Shown here: piece by piece, positions 8,387 through 14,699 of the stretch | Position numbering within the stretch: position 1 is the first letter of the stretch | Layout of the letters: each line of letters starts with the position of its first letter | Source of the DNA: a virus | Taxonomy: Duplodnaviria > Caudoviricetes | Length of the DNA: 24,348 nucleotides | Reading direction: 5' to 3' (one strand) | IMG/VR virus record: IMGVR_UViG_3300017707_001111 | Span: 1 to 24,348 of that record | Notes under the pieces: model-generated | The model's input: the letters and a program-made list of their open reading frames with translations, nothing else | Database searches by the model: none | Told to the model about the DNA's origin: nothing | Made by a program: the position numbers and the translations under genes

Positions 8387-8451
8387 GACATGGTTGGCTA
8401 TGCAGTGGCGTGTTGGGGTGCGGCATGGTCCGGAAGGGTATGGCTTGTGTT
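8387..8451 (+). repeat. GGY-NN pentamer array 3 (13 units, 5' half degenerate)
   Basis: GACAT GGTTG GCTAT GCAGT GGCGT GTTGG GGTGC GGCAT GGTCC GGAAG GGTAT GGCTT GTGTT. An A-rich linker (TTAAAACAATCGCTGACA) separates it from array 2. Confidence 0.82.
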
Positions 8452-8607
8452 TGTCTAGAAACACTTAGAGCCCCTTGCGGGGCTCTCTCGTGTTCCGGCA
8501 TTTCGCTCCGGCGGGCTAGCTTTAGTTCAGGTTTGGCGTCCCTAGCAGAACTGCCCGTCGTCTGCTGACCGGCCAGCCGGTTCACCCTGAGGTTACTTGC
8601 GTCTGAC
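8447..8607 (-). ncRNA. Candidate structured small RNA convergent on the arrays
   Basis: Lies downstream of a near-consensus - strand promoter. Successive stems at 8569-8580, 8544-8566, 8495-8511, 8467-8486 and 8447-8464. No convincing ORF. Confidence 0.4.
8467..8486. terminator. Perfect 8-bp hairpin closing the cassette (terminator or 3' stem)
   Basis: AGAGCCCC-TTGC-GGGGCTCT. The loop reads GCAA (GNRA) on the - strand. U-tails are weak on both strands. Confidence 0.6.
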
Positions 8608-8613
8608 GGGTGT

Positions 8614-8641
8614 ATTATACAGAGACGGCAAGCGGAGTCAA
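8614..8641 (-). promoter_or_regulatory. Near-consensus sigma70 promoter, leftward
   Basis: TTGACT-N16-TATAAT on the - strand, with an AT-rich upstream tract (8641-8661). Confidence 0.75.
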
Positions 8642-8707
8642 AATAAATCTGGAAAGAATTTCTGTATCGGTCGCAAGTCTAGACTGGTAACGGACTCAAG
8701 TGCAGGC

Positions 8708-8736
8708 TTGAAAGTGTGGCTGGCTGTGTGTATCAT
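8708..8736 (+). promoter_or_regulatory. Sigma70 promoter upstream of neuC
   Basis: TTGAAA-N17-TATCAT, ~50 nt before the neuC ATG. Confidence 0.7.
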
Positions 8737-8784
8737 GTACACTAAGAGGCCACGGTAGGTTCTTCCCAAACTTACGAGGCACGG

Positions 8785-9813
8785 ATGCGAAGGTCAGTAA
8801 GCGTGGTCGTTATCGACCGCGCAAATCTCGGGCGGTTGCAGCCCCTTCTGGAAGAGTTCCGCAAGTCGGACCTGTTCGACCTCTCGGTGGTCTGCGGTGG
8901 CAGCACGCTTGTGTCTGGTGTGGCCGACTCTCTGGAATCTCAGGGCTACAAAGTCCATCGCGTCTCGCATGTCGTCTCTGGTGACGGGCTGCACGAGACG
9001 GCCTTGTCCGTTGGCCTGGGTGAGATCCTCTACAGCCATGCTTTCAACGCATTGCGCCCCGACTACACGGTCCTGATCGGCGACCGGAGCGAAGCGTTCG
9101 CGGCTGCCACGGCTGCGAGGTACAGCGGCTCGCAACTCGTCCATCTTCAAGGCGGCGAGACCAGCAGCACGAACGACCAGTGGCATCGCTGGTGCATCTC
9201 GTTTATGAGTCACTGGCACGTACCGGCTACACCGGAAGCCGCCAACGCCCTGATGCGGGCGGGCATCTCGCGGGAGAACATCTTGGCGGTAGGCTGCCCA
9301 TCGGTCGATCTGGTCCAAGCCGCCCCGCAGACTGGCGAAGTCTTGGCCTGTCTGCACGCGAACACGTTGCACTGCGAGACTTCCCGCCAGGAGGCAGAAG
9401 AGTTCTTCGCGGCTGTACCATCTGGCGCAACGGTCCTGTCTACGAACGGGGACGCGGGCAGGGACGCCATCGTGGACGTGTGCCGTGCCTATGGATTCGT
9501 CCAGGTTAGTCTGACGCCTGAAGAGTTCTCGCGGCGGCTGGCGGGCTGTGCCGTTGCGGTGGGCAACTCATCCGGCTTCGTGCGCGACTCGGCCCACACG
9601 GGCGCGCCTGTCGTCCTAGTAGGCGACCGGCAAGACGGGCGGGAGTGCGGGGATAACGTCATGCGAGTTGTATGTGAGCGACAGGCAATCCGCGATGCCA
9701 TCGAATGGCAAATCTCGCACGGCCGTTATCCCGCATCGGACCTGTATGGAAAGCCGGGAATCTCGGAGCGGATCGTGGCAGCACTGGCCAATCTTGGGAG
9801 GGCCGCAGCGTGA
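8785..9813 (+). CDS. neuC: UDP-N-acetylglucosamine 2-epimerase, hydrolysing (NeuC/LegG type)
   Basis: Motifs GDRSEAFAAATAA, HLQGGETS, VGNSSG, VLVGDRQDGRE and LYG; neighbours neuB and neuA. Confidence 0.9.
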   Translation: MRRSVSVVVIDRANLGRLQPLLEEFRKSDLFDLSVVCGGSTLVSGVADSLESQGYKVHRVSHVVSGDGLHETALSVGLGEILYSHAFNALRPDYTVLIGDRSEAFAAATAARYSGSQLVHLQGGETSSTNDQWHRWCISFMSHWHVPATPEAANALMRAGISRENILAVGCPSVDLVQAAPQTGEVLACLHANTLHCETSRQEAEEFFAAVPSGATVLSTNGDAGRDAIVDVCRAYGFVQVSLTPEEFSRRLAGCAVAVGNSSGFVRDSAHTGAPVVLVGDRQDGRECGDNVMRVVCERQAIRDAIEWQISHGRYPASDLYGKPGISERIVAALANLGRAAA

Positions 9814-10532
9814 AGAGCCTGATTGTCGGAATGGGAGAAGTGGGGCGGGCGCTGCATGAAGTGCTTTCGCCAGTCCACGAATGCTTAACCTACGATGCCG
9901 CAGACGGCCCCAAGCCTGTGCCGATGGTCGACGTTCTCCACGTTTGCTTTCCGTTCTCGCAGGGGTTTAAGCACAGCGTTGTCCAGTACGCGGCATCTTG
10001 TGACGCGAGATTGGTTCTCGTTCACGCGACCGTGCCAACCGGAACCACGCGCGGCATCAATGAAGTGCTCGCCAATTTCCTCCCCCCGGCGTCTGCCGTT
10101 CACTCCCCAATACACGGTCGCCATCCGAACCTCGCCCCCGGCATCCGCACCTTCACCAAGTACGTCGGGGCCTGCAACGAATCGGCAGGCGTCGACGCGG
10201 TGGACTACCTGCGAGCGGCTGGGATCTACGCTGTGCTAGTGGCCAACCCTGAAACATCCGAGCTATCCAAGCTGGCCTGCACCTCGCAAACGGCCGTAGG
10301 CGTGCTGGTGATGCAAGAGATTCATCGACTCTGCGAGGAGTCCGGCGCAGACTTCAGCGAGGTCTACGGCTGGAACGAGCACTACAACGCGGGCTATGCG
10401 AAGCTCGACCAGGCACACTTCGCCCGGCCGCAGTACAAGTACACGCCGGGCAAGTTGGGCGGACACTGCTTGAAGCCTAATGCGTCTCTGTTCGAGGGGT
10501 GGATGGCCGACCTGATTAAGGAGAAGGGATGA
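9810..10532 (+). CDS. UDP-glucose/GDP-mannose dehydrogenase family protein (short, 240 aa)
   Basis: The GTG start overlaps the neuC stop. Rossmann LIVGMGEVG, ATVPTGTT, SELSKL and catalytic-Cys motif GGHCL. Confidence 0.8.
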   Translation: MKSLIVGMGEVGRALHEVLSPVHECLTYDAADGPKPVPMVDVLHVCFPFSQGFKHSVVQYAASCDARLVLVHATVPTGTTRGINEVLANFLPPASAVHSPIHGRHPNLAPGIRTFTKYVGACNESAGVDAVDYLRAAGIYAVLVANPETSELSKLACTSQTAVGVLVMQEIHRLCEESGADFSEVYGWNEHYNAGYAKLDQAHFARPQYKYTPGKLGGHCLKPNASLFEGWMADLIKEKG

Positions 10533-10876
10533 GCGACGAAGAAGTGAACCCCTGGGAAGATGGCGAGCGGCAGCAGTTCCGCAGTATCGAGGAGGAACTG
10601 CGGGCATCCATCGACAAGCACTGGCAGTCCGTCAAGACGGCTAACGACGATCACTTCAAAAGGTGCTCGGCAACGTTTCGAGAAGATATGCAGGAGAAGT
10701 TGCTTAGATTCAAGTCCGTGATCGACGACCTGTTCCATCAGCAAAAAGACTTGGCCACAAGTTGTGAATTGGACGAGTTGGCCCGTGCCCTGATTGCGGC
10801 TGGCTGGTGCGACCCGCAGGCTATCTGGTCTAAGGCGGCAGAGATCCTTGCGGCCAAGCCGACGGTGCCGGAATGA
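10529..10876 (+). CDS. Hypothetical helical protein
   Basis: ATGA overlaps at both ends and an RBS is present; no recognisable motif. Confidence 0.7.
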   Translation: MSDEEVNPWEDGERQQFRSIEEELRASIDKHWQSVKTANDDHFKRCSATFREDMQEKLLRFKSVIDDLFHQQKDLATSCELDELARALIAAGWCDPQAIWSKAAEILAAKPTVPE

Positions 10877-11565
10877 AAGTCGTCGGCCTGATTCCTGCCC
10901 GTCGTTCGTTCCTTACGCAAGCGGACGGAACCAAGAGCAAGCAGGTGAAGAACCTCGCGCCCTGCAACGGCAAGCCTTTAATCTACTGGACCATCAAGGA
11001 AGCCAAGCGGTCATCGCTCGATGCACTCTACGTCTCGACCGACTGCGAGCAGATCGCGGATTACGTTACTGGCCAAGGGATCGAAGTACTTTGGCGACCG
11101 GCGCACTTGGCATCGGATACGGCGCGGACCATCGATGTTCTACAATTCCATCCCCAGGTTCAGAAGTTCGACGCGATCTTCACCCTCCAACCCACCAACC
11201 CCCTGCGGACGGCAACGATGATCGACAACGCCTGCTGTCTGCTGGAAGACGGGGGCCACGATTCAGTTATCTCATTCACAGACGTAGGGGAGCGGCATCC
11301 GGCGCGCATGAAGCAGCTCGCCACGGATGGCACGATGTTCGATCCTCCGTTCGCGGAAGGCATGGAAGGCCAACCGCGTCAGACCTTGGAGCGGTTCTTC
11401 GTTCGGACTGGGGAAGTCTACCTGAGCAAACTGGAGACGATCCTGGCGGGCTCACTAAAGGGCGAGCGGTGCTTGCCGTTCTTCCTGGACAAGAGCGAGG
11501 CTTGGAACGTGGACGATGCTACGGACCTGTTGATTGTCGAGGCCCTGATGAAAGCGAGGGGCTGA
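10873..11565 (+). CDS. neuA: Acylneuraminate (CMP-nonulosonate) cytidylyltransferase
   Basis: Motifs LIPAR..KNL...GKPLIYWTI, YVSTD, RPAHLASDTA, LQPTNPLR and NVDDATDL. Confidence 0.9.
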   Translation: MKVVGLIPARRSFLTQADGTKSKQVKNLAPCNGKPLIYWTIKEAKRSSLDALYVSTDCEQIADYVTGQGIEVLWRPAHLASDTARTIDVLQFHPQVQKFDAIFTLQPTNPLRTATMIDNACCLLEDGGHDSVISFTDVGERHPARMKQLATDGTMFDPPFAEGMEGQPRQTLERFFVRTGEVYLSKLETILAGSLKGERCLPFFLDKSEAWNVDDATDLLIVEALMKARG

Positions 11566-12560
11566 TGAAGACTGTCGTTCAAGTTATTGGCGGCGAGATG
11601 CTTCATGCCACGGCCTACAAGCTGACGGTGTATGGGCTCTCGATGGCGGCGATGCACCCTAGTTGGTCGCCATCGATTCTCTGGTGCGGGCTGAATGAAT
11701 ACATCAGTTCCGACAAGATACCCGCTGGCTGTCGCGTTATCGCCACGCCCACGACTGGCCTGACCCACATCGACCTGGACGCGGCCAAAGCTCGCGGCAT
11801 CACGGTCCTGTCCCTTCAAGGCTCGGACCTTACCGACGTGTGGGCCACGGCAGAGCATACCATCGGCTTGATTCTCGCCTTGCTCCGCAAGATCCCAGCG
11901 GCAGTCGAGCACGTTCGCGAAGGCGGCTGGGACCGAGACAAGTTTCGCGGCACGGAACTACGCGGCAAGAAGGCTGCCGTCATCGGCTGCGGGCGAGTCG
12001 GCAATCAGGTGATGCAGTTATTGCAAGCGTTCGGCGTGCAGTGCGCCGGAAGCTGGTCGGACGAAGGCACGGCAAGGATCGTAGGCGACGCGGACATCGT
12101 GTGCCTGCATGAGAACTACGAGCCGAGCAAGCGGGGGAAGTACGGGCAGGCGTTCTTCGAGAGCCTGAAGGTGGGGGCGGTGTTCGTGAATACAGCGAGA
12201 GGGGAACTGGTAGACGAGACAGTCCTGTGGAATGCCTTGCGTGCTGGCCATGTTGGCGGCGCTGCCTTGGACGTTCTGGCAGATGAGCACCAGCGGGCAA
12301 TCGTCACGCACTACGACCTGTCGCCGGAACAACGTCAACGAATGCGGGCAGACTGGGAGAAGATTCAGCGAGACTCGACCCACTGCGGGACCATTGTGCT
12401 AGACACTGGCATGCAAGTGCGCGAGGTGAAAAACATCCCGCCCGACATCGGCAATGTCATCGTCACTCCCCACCTCGGCGGCTGTACCTACGAGTCCCAA
12501 GCCAAGACGGAACTTATCTTGGCCGACAAGCTCATCGAATGGTGGAAGGAAAACGCATGA
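11565..12560 (+). CDS. D-isomer-specific 2-hydroxyacid dehydrogenase (phosphoglycerate dehydrogenase-like) with an internal insertion
   Basis: The ATG overlaps the neuA TGA. Motifs TGLTHIDL, ATAEHTIGLILALLRKI, ELRGKKAAVIGCGRVG, FVNTARGELVDE, AALDVL and NVIVTPHLGG. Confidence 0.9.
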   Translation: MKTVVQVIGGEMLHATAYKLTVYGLSMAAMHPSWSPSILWCGLNEYISSDKIPAGCRVIATPTTGLTHIDLDAAKARGITVLSLQGSDLTDVWATAEHTIGLILALLRKIPAAVEHVREGGWDRDKFRGTELRGKKAAVIGCGRVGNQVMQLLQAFGVQCAGSWSDEGTARIVGDADIVCLHENYEPSKRGKYGQAFFESLKVGAVFVNTARGELVDETVLWNALRAGHVGGAALDVLADEHQRAIVTHYDLSPEQRQRMRADWEKIQRDSTHCGTIVLDTGMQVREVKNIPPDIGNVIVTPHLGGCTYESQAKTELILADKLIEWWKENA

Positions 12561-13033
12561 CGACAATCTATGTAGTCACTCGCGGAGAGTATTCGGATTA
12601 CGGAATTTGCCGCGCCTTCAGTACCAGGGGGCTTGCTGAACAGTGGCTTAGTGCATTGCCCACAAATGAGATGGTTTCCAAGGATCGACGAGACACAAAC
12701 GCGGACTACCCATCTGGCTATCGGATTGAAGAGTTCAGCTTGGACGACATGTCAGATCCGCCAGTGTCCCATTGCCATGTCGTACTGTCGCTTGAGTCTG
12801 GTGACGTTCTAAGTGCTCGATATTCCGAAGGCGGCTTTGCTACCATTTCGGTCGATAAGACGATTGTCCGCAGCGGCGGATATCTACACGTCAAGTCTGT
12901 CCATGTGTCAGTCCCAACACATGAAGAAGAGCGAGCGGTAAAGGTCGCCAATGAGAAACGGACGCAATTGATTGCTCTCGGAAGGACGGCTGAAGGCCGG
13001 TACGACTACGCCACTTTGGAGCCGATGGCGTGA
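12557..13033 (+). CDS. Hypothetical phage protein
   Basis: ATGA overlap. The N-terminus IYVVTRGEYSDYGICRAFST resembles small phage accessory proteins. Visibly more AT-rich than its neighbours. Confidence 0.7.
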   Translation: MTTIYVVTRGEYSDYGICRAFSTRGLAEQWLSALPTNEMVSKDRRDTNADYPSGYRIEEFSLDDMSDPPVSHCHVVLSLESGDVLSARYSEGGFATISVDKTIVRSGGYLHVKSVHVSVPTHEEERAVKVANEKRTQLIALGRTAEGRYDYATLEPMA

Positions 13034-13535
13034 TCGACCACCAAGCCCTAGCCACGGCAGCCGCGCACGCCGCCTACGAAGCGGCTGCGGAGCTATTCCC
13101 GAAGCTACTGCCGGACGTTCACGCCTTCGTTGCCGAACGCCAGCAAGCGGGCGGGTTGGGCGATATCACCTACCCGCTGAAGCTGCTGGAGCTGGCCTTC
13201 TGGCTGGAAGATATCGCCAGACGCTACCGGCCGCAGTCTCCATGCTGGTGGAAGGCGGCTCGCTCGACTTGCTCTACGTGGACGGACCAGCGAACGACGC
13301 GGGCGATGGCTCACAATACATCTGCACGGATGCGCGCGACTTGGTGGAGCATCAGATACGGCCCAAGAATATCCTGGTCGATTTACGATGCACCTCGGTC
13401 AAGGATATGTGGCCCGCGTTGAAGTCGGCTGGGTACGGAATGATTCCGTCCGCCTGGACGAATCATGTTTTGAAACGCCCGTGGTGTATTGGGCCGAGCA
13501 TGTTCCATACGTGGTTCTATCTCAAGGAGGGTTGA
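13030..13535 (+). pseudogene. Frameshifted or internally deleted class I SAM methyltransferase-like gene
   Basis: The N-terminal half (…KLLELAFWLE…RPQS) is in the 13030 frame. The C-terminal half with DLLYVDGP is in the frame ending at 13535. The glycine-rich motif I is missing. Confidence 0.5.
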
Positions 13536-13536
13536 A

Positions 13537-14322
13537 GTGACGGAACGAAACGACTCTGCCAGTAATGAGCAGGCGGCCATCGACAGCAAGCCCGCCGAGA
13601 AGCCACCCCGCAAGATCGCCATCGTCGGCAAGGCCACGTCGTCCATGATGCTGGCCCCCTACGACGACGAATCCTGGGAAATCTGGGGGCTGTCGGACTG
13701 CTGGCGATACGTGCCACGCCTGACCCGCTCCTTCGAGATCCACGACTACGAAACCGGCAAGCACCGCTGGAAGAAGGAATACACCGACTGGCTGGCCAAG
13801 AACCAGAAGATGGTCTGGATTCACGCCCCGCACGAAGACCTACCGGACGCGAACATCTTCCCGTTCGCGAAACTGCTGGAAGAGTTCCATCCGTACTTCA
13901 CGAACAGCGTATCGTGGATGCTGGCCCTGGCCATGTTGGAAGGCTGCTCGGAGATCGGCCTCTTTGGCGTGGACATGGCGCAGTCTGACCCGGCGACCGG
14001 GCGCAACGGCGAGTACGAGCACCAGCGGCCGAGCTGCGAGTACTTCATCGGGCTCGCGCAGGGCATGGGGATTAAGGTAAACATCCCTCCCCAGTCTGAC
14101 TTGCTGAAGGCACAACAGCTCTACGCCTACCAGTCCCACAAGGGGGACCGCTACGTCTGGCACCAGGCTCGGCTGCAAGAGTTGAGTAACCGGATGAATA
14201 CGTTGGTCGCTCAAGAGCGGCGGCTACTGCGGGAACTGGAAGACACGCGGCGGAACATTTCCCGCATGCAAGGCGCGATGGAATCGGACGAGTACACGCT
14301 TCGAGCACGACCGGGAGGGTAG
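13537..14322 (+). CDS. Putative Maf/CstII/GT29-like (sialyltransferase-fold) glycosyltransferase with a C-terminal coiled coil
   Basis: AAGGAGG RBS then GTG. N-terminal KIAIVGKATS and later NSVSWMLALAMLEGCSEIGLFGVDM match the IvGxGxS … AxxxGxxxIxLxGxD pattern of this fold. Confidence 0.62.
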   Translation: MTERNDSASNEQAAIDSKPAEKPPRKIAIVGKATSSMMLAPYDDESWEIWGLSDCWRYVPRLTRSFEIHDYETGKHRWKKEYTDWLAKNQKMVWIHAPHEDLPDANIFPFAKLLEEFHPYFTNSVSWMLALAMLEGCSEIGLFGVDMAQSDPATGRNGEYEHQRPSCEYFIGLAQGMGIKVNIPPQSDLLKAQQLYAYQSHKGDRYVWHQARLQELSNRMNTLVAQERRLLRELEDTRRNISRMQGAMESDEYTLRARPGG

Positions 14323-14326
14323 GCCG

Positions 14327-14512
14327 ATGAGGCAGTGCAAGAAATGCGGAGGCCAGACGGATGTGTACTGGACCGACAAGAAGGGCGGCAAGCACATTCG
14401 TTACCTGAAATGCGTGGATTGCAAAGAGACCCAACAGCAGTACGTGCCGGATGAATTTCTCCGCACGTCAAGACGTGACAACCGTGGCACAGTTTGCCAC
14501 TCCACAAGCTAA
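14327..14512 (+). CDS. Small zinc-ribbon protein (Ogr/Delta-like spacing)
   Basis: CKKC…RYLKCVDC with a GGAGG RBS. Confidence 0.65.
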   Translation: MRQCKKCGGQTDVYWTDKKGGKHIRYLKCVDCKETQQQYVPDEFLRTSRRDNRGTVCHSTS

Positions 14513-14591
14513 TATCTCAGTAGACAACTTACACGTGACGCGAAGCCAAGAGCCCATGCTCAAAGCCTAGCTTCCAAATCGGTAGTGCCTG

Positions 14592-14670
14592 AAAGCGCCC
14601 ATGCGCCTTCCGACTACTTGCCAGTTTCAACACTGGCCGGAGTCGGCATAGCGCGCGGGCGTTTTGCTTT
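14592..14670 (+). promoter_or_regulatory. Long interrupted stem-loop in the major capsid leader
   Basis: Four nested helices: AAAGCGCCC/GGGCGTTTT, TGCGC/GCGCG, CCGACT/AGTCGG and GCCAGT/ACTGGC. A T-rich tail follows. Confidence 0.6.
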
Positions 14671-14699
14671 TGAGTCCGGCCCAACAGGGAGTAGGACTC

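Noticed and set aside
8393-8401. Contiguous 9-bp identity GTTGGCTAT between array 3 and 7409-7417
   Set aside because: Too short to distinguish from chance on its own, though it falls in the same operator as the decoded match.
7481-8451. Classical CRISPR array or simple microsatellite
   Set aside because: There are no 25-45 bp repeats with unique spacers. The 5-nt units vary systematically at two positions, unlike slippage-derived satellites.
7458-8585. ORFs overlapping the arrays (7458-7841 -, 8176-8391 -, 8223-8585 -, 8326-8568 +)
   Set aside because: Their Pro/Arg/His or Gly/Cys/Val periodic translations are by-products of the pentamer repeat. They lack RBS support, and some overlap the RAMP gene antisense.
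8490-8590. c-di-GMP-I riboswitch or hammerhead ribozyme on the - strand (GGGACGC…CTAAA; CTGA…GAAA)
   Set aside because: Only fragments of the consensus are present and the required helices could not be built. Kept as an unclassified ncRNA candidate.
10794-11564. 588-aa ORF as a single long protein
   Set aside because: The 5' part overlaps neuA in another frame and is Arg/Pro-rich noise. The dehydrogenase starts at ATG 11565.
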